The notes under the pieces: generated by a model
Database searches by the model: none
What the model was told of the DNA's origin: nothing
Seen by the model: the letters and a program-made list of their open reading frames with translations, nothing else
In this document: one piece after another, positions 1-10,019 of the stretch
Numbering within the stretch: position 1 is the first letter of the stretch
Layout: each line of letters begins with the position of its first letter
DNA from: Nitrosopumilus sp.
Lineage (GTDB): Archaea; Thermoproteota; Nitrososphaeria; Nitrososphaerales; Nitrosopumilaceae
Assembly (NCBI GenBank): GCA_965205215.1
Contig: OZ242041.1
Coordinates: 1,664,001 to 1,728,000 of the forward strand
Length of the DNA stretch: 64,000 nucleotides
Direction of reading: 5' to 3'
Program-made: the position numbers and the translations under genes

Positions 1-444
1 GTCATAACGGCCATACGCGACGAGCACGAGAGGGGCGTCAACGAGGCAGTAGCACTGGCAGACAGGCGCATCATGCAAGACGGATACGACGCGTCCATAG
101 TCATGCCGCAGGACATACCATACATCAAGGCGCAGGACATTGACTTTATGATGAGGTTTGCAGCGCCGCCCAACTTTGCAGTCGTCGTACCGTCGAGGAA
201 GTTTGACGGCACCAACGCCCTCGTAAGGATGCCAGCCGATCTGATGGGAACGCACTACGACAACAACAGCTACAGGGAGCACGTCAGGATGGCAGGCGAG
301 TGCACGAGAAATGTGGCCCCTGTGTTCGTGAGGAGGATAATGATGGACATAGATACAATGGACGACCTGAGGTTCCTGCTTGCAAACAGCGGCGAAAAAC
401 CGCACGTCGCAGTCCAGATAGAGCGCATAGCAGGCAGGGGATAG
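1..444 (+). CDS. cofC: 2-phospho-L-lactate guanylyltransferase (F420 biosynthesis), 5'-truncated by window edge
   Basis: Frame open from base 1: GVNEAV...IVMPQDIPYI...VVVPSRKFDGTNAL...SYREH...MDIDTMDDL, matching CofC motifs (DxP, GTNAL, DxDTxxDL). Confidence 0.8.
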   Translation, partial: VITAIRDEHERGVNEAVALADRRIMQDGYDASIVMPQDIPYIKAQDIDFMMRFAAPPNFAVVVPSRKFDGTNALVRMPADLMGTHYDNNSYREHVRMAGECTRNVAPVFVRRIMMDIDTMDDLRFLLANSGEKPHVAVQIERIAGRG

Positions 445-547
445 GAGACGGCCCGCAGCGGCGTGCAGTGTACGACGCCAGAACGAAGCCTGAGGCGGGC
501 ATCGGATCCAAGAAATACTAATTTAGCCAAATGTTACACCGTCGCAT

Positions 548-1396
548 ATGAGGCAGAGGAGGTTCAAGTCCCCCATATCATACAGGCTACGCGAGATCCC
601 AGTAAGGCAGATCAAGGTGTGGAAGGACGCCCAGGCACGCGGCCTTGATCGCAAGGGGATAACCGAACTTGCAAGATCGATAAGGAACGAGGGGCTCCAG
701 AACCCCCCCATGGTGCAAAAACAAGGCAGGGAGTACCTGCTCATGTCGGGCCAGCGCAGGTTGGCGGCCTTGAAGCGGCTGCGGGCAAAGAAGATCCCCG
801 CCCTAGTACTGACCGCGTCCACAAGATACGACCTTGACGATGCAAGGGCGGCGTCAGTGGTAGAGAACCTGCACCGCAACAAGATGAACCCCCGGGACAT
901 GACGCGTGCGTGCGTAGATATTGCGGGGTCGATGGGGAAGACAAAGGCCGCCCAGCTGCTCGGCATAGCACCCCAGACGCTCAGGAGTTTTCTCGGATTC
1001 GCTGCGGTGCCGGAAAAGCTCAAGGCATGCGTGCCGGAAAAGATCACGCGCAACGACGCGACCAGGCTGTACCAGGCAGTGCCGAACGTCTCAAAGGCCC
1101 TGAAGATAGTCGACAGGGTGGAGCCACTGGAACCCAGGCTTAGGGGAAGATACCTGCGCGCGCTCGCGGCAAGCCCGAGGTCCGCCCACAAGACGCTGCT
1201 TGAGCGTGCGAGGCGCGGGCTTTTGAGGCAAAAGATTACGGTCACGCTCAGCAAGACGAACGCCAAAAAGCTGCAAAAGATGGCCGCAAACGAGGACAGG
1301 GACGTCTCAAAAATGGCGGACGCCATCATCAGGAACCACCTAAACAGTCCAAAGGGTGGAAAGAGGCGAGCCGGCAGGCGCAAGCAGACGCATTGA
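548..1396 (+). CDS. ParB/Srx-like N-terminal domain protein with HTH and probable C-terminal ribbon-helix-helix
   Basis: ELARSIRNEGLQNPPMV...LMSGQRRLAAL (ParB box GxxR), VENLHR; C-terminal KITVTLSKTNAKKLQKMA...VSKMADAII resembles RHH. Confidence 0.75.
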   Translation: MRQRRFKSPISYRLREIPVRQIKVWKDAQARGLDRKGITELARSIRNEGLQNPPMVQKQGREYLLMSGQRRLAALKRLRAKKIPALVLTASTRYDLDDARAASVVENLHRNKMNPRDMTRACVDIAGSMGKTKAAQLLGIAPQTLRSFLGFAAVPEKLKACVPEKITRNDATRLYQAVPNVSKALKIVDRVEPLEPRLRGRYLRALAASPRSAHKTLLERARRGLLRQKITVTLSKTNAKKLQKMAANEDRDVSKMADAIIRNHLNSPKGGKRRAGRRKQTH

Positions 1397-1447
1397 ACAT
1401 ACTGCCGCGCAATTACACGACATGTAGGATCGAGTCAGCCCTGCAGG

Positions 1448-1837
1448 TTATGATTCTGCCGGAATCAGAATGGCGTTGACAACCCCGGTCTGCCCAGGCT
1501 TTGAGAGTACGCGGCATTTGCCGTCCTCGGTTTCCAGTACGGCCCCCTTTGTTATGATTCCGCGCCTCTTGTAGTCGTTGTTGGTGGCGTTGTCGAGCAC
1601 CTTTACTATCTTTGATTTTTTGACTTTCGCCCCACCCGTCGCCAGATTGACAAAGTCGATTGATTTCAGCGCCGTCTTGCGGTTGCGCCCCCTGACGTGG
1701 CGCGTTATCGTCTCCTGGGCCCCGTTGACCGCCTCGTTCGGGTACCTGTCAGTCTCGTACTTGCGGCGTATGCGCAAAGGGTGCCTCCTTCCGCCGGTGG
1801 TCTTACTGGTTGCCAGATTCTCTACTGACTTTCGCAT
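1448..1837 (-). CDS. rps8e: 30S ribosomal protein S8e
   Basis: KTTGGRR...RKYE...RGIITKGAVLET...SKPGQTGVVNAIL. Confidence 0.95.
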   Translation of the reverse strand: MRKSVENLATSKTTGGRRHPLRIRRKYETDRYPNEAVNGAQETITRHVRGRNRKTALKSIDFVNLATGGAKVKKSKIVKVLDNATNNDYKRRGIITKGAVLETEDGKCRVLSKPGQTGVVNAILIPAES

Positions 1838-2007
1838 GGCATGCGGATGGACCGCTCTAATTTATACAAACCGAGTGAGCCTCCGGGCATCCGGGCGTGG
1901 GTGGGGGGGGGATCCGGCAGGGCCGCCCCAGTCACGCAGGGGCGCCAGACGGGGCGCGGCGCGGGGCGACTAACACGCTCAGGGCAGGCAGGTGAGGCAG
2001 GCACGGG

Positions 2008-2526
2008 CTAGGCCCCGGCGGTCTTTCTCCTCTTTGAAAAGAGCCGCTCCTTTAGATCCTCGGCGTCCCCTTTGATCCCAAAGTATTTCTGGAACTTTTC
2101 CGTTGTGGAGTAGATTTTGATGCGGCCCGCGCTCTCATACCTGATGTAGTCAAGCTGTACCAGTTCCTTCAGATGCGAGTAAACCCCCGTCCCACGCGTC
2201 TCGACCAGCTGCCTAGAGGCTATTGGTTGCGCCCACGCGATGTATGAGAGGGTCTTGAGGGTGGCCTTGGGAAGTATCGGCTTTGACGCGTAGCGCTTTA
2301 TGGTGGAGCTGTACTCGGGCTTTAGCTGCATCACGTACGAGCCGTCAGGCAGCTGTACCACCTCGATTGCCTTGAACACAGAGCACGTCTTTTTCACGAT
2401 GTTGTTGATTATGGACTGGGTCTTGATGCGCGATTCGGTCCCTGACGCGCGCAAAAGAGCGTCCTCACTGAGTGGCCTGCCGGCAGAATACAGGGCGGCC
2501 TCCACCCGCGCGGTCGCCTCGTTCAT
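2008..2526 (-). CDS. scpB: SMC-ScpAB complex subunit ScpB
   Basis: EAALYSAGRPL, LKTLSYIAWAQPI, RG, YSTTEKFQKYFGI; start trimmed to MNEATAR. Confidence 0.9.
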   Translation of the reverse strand: MNEATARVEAALYSAGRPLSEDALLRASGTESRIKTQSIINNIVKKTCSVFKAIEVVQLPDGSYVMQLKPEYSSTIKRYASKPILPKATLKTLSYIAWAQPIASRQLVETRGTGVYSHLKELVQLDYIRYESAGRIKIYSTTEKFQKYFGIKGDAEDLKERLFSKRRKTAGA

Positions 2527-2686
2527 GTCGGTTACCTTTGCCGTTGCGCGCTCACCCCTACATTGCACCACAGTGTGACATACGTCCCCGGCAGTAACGG
2601 TGCGCGGCCGCTGCGGCCACAACGGTAGCGGCAGCGTTGGCGCCCATCCCGGGCCCCAGATTCGTGCACGACGCCAATGCCCACAC

Positions 2687-3580
2687 TCACGCCCCACCGC
2701 CGCCGCCGCCATTCTCAGCGGCACTGCCACTACCGGCGCCATTATCATCATCTTCAGCACCATCATTCGCATCAGCAACGGCGATGACACTGCCGTCCGA
2801 GTCGGCGCCTCCGTCTGACATGCCCTCCGTGTGCGGTATCGCCGTTATGCGTATGTCATCCCCGGCCTGCTCGAGGTCGACCATCCGGTCCCGGGCAAGG
2901 AACAGGGCCGCAAAAAAGCACTTTATCGAGTCAATGGCGTTAAGGTTTGCAGTTATGTCCTGCAGTATGCCCCGCCCCGTCTCGGCAATCTTTGCCATTA
3001 TCATGTCACGGTACGCGTCTATCTCGCTCTCAAGGGACAGCATATAGTTCTCAAAGGCCGGCGGTTCTGCAGGCTCCAGCATGCTCCTCCGCCGGGGGCG
3101 GGAGCGCGGGTTCGCCATCGTTCCTATCAGATTCTGGAGCATTGCAAGCAGGTCGTCGAGTGACACGGGATAGGTCGACTCGTGCCGGTATGGGATTCCA
3201 ATCATCTCTATGTCCGGCGGATCCCTCCTCACCGGCGCGGTCCCGCGCTCCATGGCGGCCTTGTGAAGGGCCGAGATGCTCTCCACCTTCATCCGGTATA
3301 TGAGCGACGAGGAGAGCGCCGCCATTCCGGCAACCCTCAGGTCCTTTTTGTCCGACTTTTCCAGTATGCGGACCAGCATGTCGAGTATCTGAATCAGGTC
3401 GATCTCCCACACGTCGCGCTTTGCCACCGACGAGTGGGATGCAAACAGGACGTTGATCGGCTCCTGCGATATGCTCTCGGGGGCGCCTGCCGCAGCAGGG
3501 GCGTCATCGGCAGCGGCTCCGCCGTCCGACGCATCATCGTATGCAGCGTTGCTCCCCCCGCCGTCTGCATGTGCGGCCAT
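2687..3580 (-). CDS. scpA: SMC-ScpAB complex kleisin subunit ScpA, with acidic low-complexity termini
   Basis: DVWEIDLIQI, AGMAALSSSLIYRMK, CFFAALFLA...VDLEQ; directly upstream of scpB. Confidence 0.85.
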   Translation of the reverse strand: MAAHADGGGSNAAYDDASDGGAAADDAPAAAGAPESISQEPINVLFASHSSVAKRDVWEIDLIQILDMLVRILEKSDKKDLRVAGMAALSSSLIYRMKVESISALHKAAMERGTAPVRRDPPDIEMIGIPYRHESTYPVSLDDLLAMLQNLIGTMANPRSRPRRRSMLEPAEPPAFENYMLSLESEIDAYRDMIMAKIAETGRGILQDITANLNAIDSIKCFFAALFLARDRMVDLEQAGDDIRITAIPHTEGMSDGGADSDGSVIAVADANDGAEDDDNGAGSGSAAENGGGGGGA

Positions 3581-3674
3581 GCGCAGTATGGCAGTCCCAT
3601 GCAGAAATAGATATCTGTTTATTTTTCTTTAGTTTTCAGTCAACTCTTATATTGTAACCCTAGGGAGGCAGTCC

Positions 3675-4727
3675 ATGAACTCGGCCAAGATAGTGGGCCC
3701 CGGCAAACCCCTAGAAGCAGTCAGTACCGAGACGCCGCGCCCGTCAGGCGAGCAGGTGCTGGTAAAGGTCGACGCCGTCGGCGTCTGCCACAGCGATCTC
3801 CACCTGTGGGAGGGCGGATACGACCTTGGCGATGGCAAGTTCATGAAGGTTACCGACAGGGGCGTAAAGTATCCCGTAACCCCCGGACACGAGATAGCCG
3901 GCACCGTCGAGGAGGTGGGAGACGGAGCATCCGGTTTCTCAAAGGGCGACAGGGTCTTGGTATACCCCTGGATAGGGTGCACCGAATGTCCCGCATGCGC
4001 GGCGGGAAACGAGAACCTCTGCGACACCCCGAGGTCGATGGGCATATTCCAGGACGGGGGGTACGCGGACTATGTAATGATACCAAGCCACAGATATTTG
4101 GCAAGGCTGGACGGCGTCGGAGCCGATACGGCCACGTCGCTTGCGTGCTCGGGCCTCACGGCATACACGGCGATAAAAAAGGCAAACGCCAACTCCCCCG
4201 AATACATGGTGATCATAGGGGCAGGCGGGCTCGGGTTGATGGGCATACAGGTGGCAAAGGCGATTACAAAAGCAAAGGTAATCTGCGTTGATCTGGACGA
4301 TGAAAAGCTGAGGACGGCGTCGGAGATGGGCGCGGACTACACCGTAAACTCAAAGGAGCCGGGTGCGGATAAGGCGATAATGTCGATATGCAACCAAAAG
4401 GGGGCCGACAGCGTGGTGGACTTTGTAAACGCCCCGCCCACCGCAAGGCTCGGGCTCGACATATTGCGCAAGAGGGGCAACATGGTAATGGTAGGGCTCT
4501 TCGGGGGCTCGATTGAGATGTCACTCGTTACGATACCGCTAAAGTCAATAGTCATACAGGGGGCATACACGGGCAACTACACCGACATGACGGAGCTGAT
4601 AAAGCTCGCAAAGGACGGCGTCATCAACCCCATCATATCAAAAAAGTATACGCTCGCCGAGGCAAACGACGCGCTTACCGCGTTAAAGGAGCGCAAGATA
4701 ATCGGCAGGGCGGTCATAAACCCCTAG
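3675..4727 (+). CDS. Zn-dependent alcohol dehydrogenase (MDR family)
   Basis: GVCHSDLH, GHE, CxxCxxC...C structural Zn site, GAGGLG. Confidence 0.92.
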   Translation: MNSAKIVGPGKPLEAVSTETPRPSGEQVLVKVDAVGVCHSDLHLWEGGYDLGDGKFMKVTDRGVKYPVTPGHEIAGTVEEVGDGASGFSKGDRVLVYPWIGCTECPACAAGNENLCDTPRSMGIFQDGGYADYVMIPSHRYLARLDGVGADTATSLACSGLTAYTAIKKANANSPEYMVIIGAGGLGLMGIQVAKAITKAKVICVDLDDEKLRTASEMGADYTVNSKEPGADKAIMSICNQKGADSVVDFVNAPPTARLGLDILRKRGNMVMVGLFGGSIEMSLVTIPLKSIVIQGAYTGNYTDMTELIKLAKDGVINPIISKKYTLAEANDALTALKERKIIGRAVINP

Positions 4728-4840
4728 GCGTGCAGGGTACTGTTTGCGCGGCGCGCAGAGTCGCAGGCGCCGCTGCTGCTGCCCCTGCCGCCGCTTGGCG
4801 GCCGCAGGCCGGAGACCGCCGCGGGTACGACTACCGGCAA

Positions 4841-5452
4841 TCAGCAGTCGCGCACCCAGCCGGGCTCAAGAAAATGCGCGCGGTCCGCCTCCTCCCCGAT
4901 CCCGGTCGCGAATCGCCAGACCGCAGGCAGGTCGGATGCAACGCTACGCTCTATCTTCAACAGGGCCTGCTCCTCGGACTCGAGGTTGCCGTCTGCCGAC
5001 GGGCCGCATTCCCTGCAGTACCTGCACTTTGGATCCAGCACCGATGGGTTGCGTCCGCTCAGCGGATATGCAGAGCAAGCAAGTGGCCTCTGCCCGTATA
5101 CGCGGCACGGGTGACCCCCGTGCGGCGACTTTGAGACTCCAGACGTATCAAGAAACGGGCACGTGTCGCCGTTGGCGTCCCTGCCCATCATCTGGTATGC
5201 GACTATCCGGGACGGCCCCGCGCCTCCCGTCTCCGAGACCCCGACTCTCGGAAGTATGTGCACCCGTACCCCCTGGTCAGAGGCCAGCTTTGCAATCCTG
5301 TCGCGCTCCTCAGGGAGTATCAGGACGCCCACCTTGCCGAACCTCTTGTCAGGATAGTACTCGCGGTAGGTGCAGCAGTCAGAGCACTCAGGGATGCAGT
5401 GAAAGTCGGCCACGGGGGAGCTGTCCCCTCCAGATAAAAATCTCTTTTGCAT
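4841..5452 (-). CDS. YkgJ family cysteine-cluster (CxxCxxCC) protein
   Basis: FHCIPECSDCC, CPFL, CRVYGQRPLACSAYP. Confidence 0.8.
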   Translation of the reverse strand: MQKRFLSGGDSSPVADFHCIPECSDCCTYREYYPDKRFGKVGVLILPEERDRIAKLASDQGVRVHILPRVGVSETGGAGPSRIVAYQMMGRDANGDTCPFLDTSGVSKSPHGGHPCRVYGQRPLACSAYPLSGRNPSVLDPKCRYCRECGPSADGNLESEEQALLKIERSVASDLPAVWRFATGIGEEADRAHFLEPGWVRDC

Positions 5453-5785
5453 TGGCGGCAACCGCGCATGCCGCCGCCATCCACGCGGCGGCGCGTCACG
5501 CTCCGGTACATCCTCAGACCGGTCCCGGGTTAGCGCCCGGGTGCCACGGGTCCTGAGGCCGGGCAGCTACTCAATCAGCCCAAGCACGCACTCATGGTTT
5601 AACGGCAGACGTATTAGGCGCCCCACGCAGCGCGGTTCATGGAAGGTGAGCAGGCGCTCTCCTTTGTGCTGTGGTCGACAATCACTGGAACGGTGCTGGT
5701 CGTATCCGCGCTGTGCTACAAGGCGTATGCCGGACGGCGCGCTCCAAAAGTCATGAGTTATATGCAGAGCGAGGACGTACATGCC

Positions 5786-6097
5786 ATGGGCAAGCGTCAG
5801 GTAAAGAGCGAGAGCGCGCTAAAGGAGATACGTCTTCCAGAAGAGGGCGAGATGTTCGGCAGGGTACTCAAGATACTCGGAGGCGAGAACGTGCTTGTAA
5901 AGTGCACCGACAACATCACGCGCAGGGGGCGCATCAGGGGCAAGCTCAAGCGCAGGGTCTGGATAAGGGACAACGACATTGTGATTATAGCTCCCTGGGA
6001 CTTTAACGAGGCCGAAAAGGGGGACATCGTGTGGCGGTTCACACTGCCGCAAGTCGAGTGGCTAAAGGCCAACGACCACATACCAAAGGACTTTTGA
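5786..6097 (+). CDS. eif1a: translation initiation factor aIF-1A
   Basis: RGRIRGKLKRRVWIRDNDIVIIAPWDF; TTATAT box about 25 nt upstream of this ATG. Confidence 0.92.
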   Translation: MGKRQVKSESALKEIRLPEEGEMFGRVLKILGGENVLVKCTDNITRRGRIRGKLKRRVWIRDNDIVIIAPWDFNEAEKGDIVWRFTLPQVEWLKANDHIPKDF

Positions 6098-6243
6098 CCA
6101 TACGCGGCCGCGTAGTGCGGCACGCCTCCGCGCCGATCGCTGACGCCACCGCAGAGCAGGCAGACGCCCAAGAGGTACAGCAGGCCACGTTCTGCCTGCA
6201 CAAATAACGTAGTTAATATAGAGAGCGCCACACGCAAAATCAA

Positions 6244-6432
6244 ATGGAGCAAGGCACCGTAAAGTGGTTTAACCGCGTAAAGGGCTACGGCTTTATCGAG
6301 CGTGAATCAGGGGATGATCTGTTTGTTCACAAGACGGACGTTGACGGATTTATCAACGAAGGCGACAAGGTAGAGTTCGAAGTTGGCGAGGGTAAAAAGG
6401 GCCCCGCCGCTCAAAAAGTCAAAAAATTCTAG
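6244..6432 (+). CDS. cold-shock domain protein
   Basis: GTVKWFN..KGYGFI (RNP1), DLFVH (RNP2), KGPAA. Confidence 0.95.
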   Translation: MEQGTVKWFNRVKGYGFIERESGDDLFVHKTDVDGFINEGDKVEFEVGEGKKGPAAQKVKKF

Positions 6433-6557
6433 GCACGACAGCGTCTGTTTTTTGCACATCATCCATTTTTGTTCATTTCATGCACACCACGCCAGTCACT
6501 GCGCCCCAAGTGCCACCACCAGGAGGCGGCGACGGTGGACAGCAGGTTGTTTTGTAG

Positions 6558-6678
6558 TCCCAAGCGAAGGAGTTGAACCTTCGACGGCCCGGTTTCTGTA
6601 TGCCTGATATGCTGTTATTCGGTCAGCCATAAGCCGACAACTACAGCCGGAAGCTCTACCAGGCTGAGCTAGCTTGGG
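6558..6678 (-). tRNA. tRNA-Tyr(GTA) with about 46-nt intron at the canonical 37/38 position
   Basis: Reverse complement: CCCAAGC/GCTTGGG acceptor stem (C1-G72), D arm GCTC..GAGC, TCCGG-CT-GTA-G, insert, CCGGG, T arm GAAGG-TTCAACT-CCTTC. Confidence 0.9.
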
Positions 6679-6837
6679 ACAAATGTGCTGGGAAACAGCC
6701 ATTAAAAAACCATCCCTGATCGGCACTGGTTCACGCACAGCCAAGGCCGGGGACGGGTTTTGTGCGGGGCAAAATTTCCGCGGGTAGGCGCCCGGCCGCG
6801 ATCAAAAGCATAAATATTATCGCACAATCACAGATGC

Positions 6838-7443
6838 GTGTCAGAGCTCGAGCTGATCCGCCCAGGATACGTATGCGCGCCGTACATGCACACCCACGAG
6901 TCCATAGAATTAAAGGAGTCATGGAAGGACTCTGAAAACATAGAGAGCATGTTCTTTGTCACGGGCACGTTCTCTGCAGACAGCAAGCCATACTTTACCG
7001 ACACTGCAAACCACTACCTGCTTGCAAAATTCAAGAACGGTCAGGAGATAGAAAAGGACATCGAGAGCATGCACAGCGATCCGAAGAGGACGTTCGTATT
7101 CGACATAAGGGACGATCTCTTCGAGCGCGAAGTCGAGGGCGAGACCAACTTTGTCTCCATATACTATTGGGAGTACAAGGATGATGCCAGCGAGATAGCG
7201 TCGTTGTTGCTGCGCCGGGAGAAGATTGCAAGGGCGGGCATCGGTAGTATGAAGACGTTCAGCCCGCAGCCGCCGAGGTTCGACTTCCCGTACTCGAACA
7301 ACATAGTGGTGATAGAGGTTGCAAGCGAGAAGAGCTATCAGAGCGTCAACAAGTACTGCGACCAGACGCGGCGCGAGATCAACAGGCGCGGATTCAGCAT
7401 AACCAACATGATGAGCCTGTCCATACTGGACCGCCTAAAGTAG
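6838..7443 (+). CDS. hypothetical protein
   Basis: 201-aa ORF with host-like codon usage, AT-rich promoter upstream (GTG start). Confidence 0.7.
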   Translation: MSELELIRPGYVCAPYMHTHESIELKESWKDSENIESMFFVTGTFSADSKPYFTDTANHYLLAKFKNGQEIEKDIESMHSDPKRTFVFDIRDDLFEREVEGETNFVSIYYWEYKDDASEIASLLLRREKIARAGIGSMKTFSPQPPRFDFPYSNNIVVIEVASEKSYQSVNKYCDQTRREINRRGFSITNMMSLSILDRLK

Positions 7444-7516
7444 GCACTGGGGATGCCGCGAAATCAGGCACAATTGCAAACAAGGGTTAAAATATTCGGG
7501 ACGGTCGGTTTTTTGC

Positions 7517-7930
7517 ATGAGCAAGCCGTCAGATCTTGGATCACTCAAGATTGGCTCGTACATACTTTTGCCGCACTCCGACCAGCCGAGCGGGGAACCC
7601 TGCCGTATAGTGGAGTACGACACCTCAAAGCCCGGAAAGCACGGGGCAGCAAAGGCCAGAATCGTAGGCGAGGGAATATTCGACGGCCAGAAGAGGCCTC
7701 ACGTCGGCCCCGTCAGCATGCAGATCCACGTGCCCATGATAAACAAAAAGCTGGGGCAGATCATATCCATCATAGGCGACACCGTGCAGGTCATGGACAA
7801 CGAGACGTTTGAGACCCTCGACGTCACGATGATCGACGACGAGGTAGCGGGCAAGCTGGAGAACGGGCAGAACGTGGAATACTGGGTCGTGATGGACAAG
7901 ACCAAGATCATGCGCATAAAGTCGTCATGA
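7517..7930 (+). CDS. eif5a: translation factor aIF-5A
   Basis: SKPGKHGAAK hypusine motif. Confidence 0.95.
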   Translation: MSKPSDLGSLKIGSYILLPHSDQPSGEPCRIVEYDTSKPGKHGAAKARIVGEGIFDGQKRPHVGPVSMQIHVPMINKKLGQIISIIGDTVQVMDNETFETLDVTMIDDEVAGKLENGQNVEYWVVMDKTKIMRIKSS

Positions 7931-8011
7931 CCCGGCGACAGAGCATGCGCCAGCACGTCACGTACGGAACACCACAAGAATGATTTTATTTGGAAGCGCC
8001 GTACGGGTCCC

Positions 8012-8416
8012 ATGGCAGGCGGAAGATTTGCAACGTCCATCAGCTGCATGGACGGCCGGATACAGACGGTCCTAAACGACTGGATAAGGGAGAACTACGG
8101 GGTGGACTACGTGGACACCATAACCGCGCCCGGAGTGGACGGCAGGGTGGCCCGCAACGACGACCTCGAAAAGATAATACAGATGGCGCGCATCTCAGTC
8201 GAGAAGCACGGATCGAGGCTCATAGTAGTGTCCGGACACCACGACTGCGCCGGAAACCCGGTCTCAGAGGAGGAGCACAAGGACCACATCAGATCAGCGG
8301 TAAGCGTCATAGGAGCGTGGGAAGAGGAGCACGGCCTGGCGGGGGGCGCAGGCGGCCGCATAGAGGTGGCCGGCGTCTGGGTAGGAGAAACATGGTCGGC
8401 CCAGAGGATCTCATGA
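8012..8416 (+). CDS. putative beta-class-like carbonic anhydrase
   Basis: CMDGR and HHDCAG Zn-ligand motifs. Confidence 0.75.
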   Translation: MAGGRFATSISCMDGRIQTVLNDWIRENYGVDYVDTITAPGVDGRVARNDDLEKIIQMARISVEKHGSRLIVVSGHHDCAGNPVSEEEHKDHIRSAVSVIGAWEEEHGLAGGAGGRIEVAGVWVGETWSAQRIS

Positions 8417-8802
8417 TGGACAGCGTGGATAAAAAGATAATCGGAGGAATCGCAATCACCGCCGCAATAGCGGCCTCGCTTTACGCGTTTGTGTCGATCT
8501 CAGAGGGCGGCCAGGGCAGATCCTTGGACAAAGAGGCCATAGAGAAGTGCAGAGGCCTGGTGAGGGAGGGCGCCGACATACTCGTCCAGATAGCCCGCGA
8601 CAGACTTGACGCGGCCGATCCAGCGGATGCGGGGCGCCTGGCAGAGTTCGAGGCGCGGATATCCGCAATAGAAGAGGAGATGACAAGGTATGACTGCCAC
8701 TCGACGCAGCAGGAATGGGCGTACGGCTCGTTCAGGCAGGAGATGTCCGAGTACGAGTCGTACATTGCAGACCTCGTGCGCCAGAACAACGCCGAACAGT
8801 GA
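8413..8802 (+). CDS. hypothetical membrane-anchored protein
   Basis: ATGA overlap with the preceding gene; N-terminal hydrophobic helix IIGGIAITAAIAASLYAFV. Confidence 0.65.
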   Translation: MMDSVDKKIIGGIAITAAIAASLYAFVSISEGGQGRSLDKEAIEKCRGLVREGADILVQIARDRLDAADPADAGRLAEFEARISAIEEEMTRYDCHSTQQEWAYGSFRQEMSEYESYIADLVRQNNAEQ

Positions 8803-9668
8803 CGCGGGCGCGACAAACCCGCCCGTGCACCATGTCGCGCGGGCAGGGCCTGCGTTAGACCCAATCCGCACAGCATAACCGTCTGCAAATCCGGGATCGG
8901 GCCGGCGAGGCGCCCCCTGCTCCGCCCTGCCGCATACCACGAACTCGTCGTCGAGCAGTGCTTGAGCGTTCGAGTGGGCGTTTTTCCCACACGGCCATCA
9001 GAGGGTTTGGATTCTCGGCTTGTTGTGGGGCCGGCGTGTACACGTATTGCAATACAAGCACAGAAGGGCGCGGCGGCGACGACCACAATTGCAGCGGCGG
9101 TTTTGCCGTCTATCGCTCAGTGCATGGAGCCGGTTGTTGCAAACGTCAGCCAGCAGTGAGGCGACCGGAGCCCAGATCCCCAGGCACGTCTGCAGATCGT
9201 CCTTTACGGCGAGGCACTACTTTGTCAGCTCGAACTCTGCCGTGACGGTGGCCCCGACCTTCCACGTGTCCGCGTACCTCCACGAATCAGCGCTGTACAG
9301 ATTGCCATAAAACACCCTCCGCTGCTCGATCGGCTATGTTACGCTCTCAATGCTTTGGGCGCCCCCCGATCCCGAGTCCGGCCATTCCGGCAACCACCCG
9401 GCCTTGTATGTTTTTGACACAAAAGTTGCACGCCCAGACAAGACGGCCGTGCCAGGCGCAGACGCCGGCGGCACGGCCTGCGGGGCAGGGCCGCCGTCCG
9501 GACTGCCACGGGAAAAAGATTCAGGGCGCAACGCGCGCCTTCAACTTTCAGGATGTTGATATAAAACAGCCCCATATGAATAACAATTAATTAAAAATTA
9601 ACTATTGCATAATACAAAAACCAGAACGCGGCAAGTATATTTTTAAGGCCATGCGCATGCCAAAGGCC

Positions 9669-9992
9669 ATGTCAACTATGGCAGCAACGGCCGACGTGTG
9701 CGAGTGCGGACACAGCGAAGCTCATCACCACGCCGGTTCGATGGCCGACGGCGCGTGCACGCACGGCTCTAGCAGTGACAACTGCGGGCAAGCCACCACA
9801 AGCGAGTGTGAGTGCTCTACCTTTACCAAGGGCGACAGCACTGACGACTGTGGTGACTGTGGACATACCGAGTCGCACCACCACGAGTCAGCGGCATACG
9901 AAACAGGAGCGTGCACGCACGGCTCCGCTGATGACGTATGCGGGGCGTACAGTGCGCCTGCATGCGACTGCAACGAATACAAGGCTTCCTAA
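9669..9992 (+). CDS. two-repeat Cys/His-rich metal-binding (metallothionein-like) protein
   Basis: 107 aa, 12 Cys and 10 His in two aligned repeats C(x1-2)CGHxExHHH...GACTHGS..D.CG......CxC; TTTTAA box upstream, T-tract downstream. Confidence 0.75.
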   Translation: MSTMAATADVCECGHSEAHHHAGSMADGACTHGSSSDNCGQATTSECECSTFTKGDSTDDCGDCGHTESHHHESAAYETGACTHGSADDVCGAYSAPACDCNEYKAS

Positions 9993-9995
9993 ACC

Positions 9996-10019
9996 TTTTC
10001 TTCGACCTTTCTTTTTTTT
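9996..10019 (+). terminator. oligo-T terminator of the Cys/His-rich gene
   Basis: ttttcttcgacctttctttttttt immediately after TAA. Confidence 0.6.

Noticed and set aside
5512-5558. Nested GC-rich hairpin as a possible ncRNA
   Set aside because: No SRP, RNase P or C/D-box motifs; such pairing is expected by chance at this GC content
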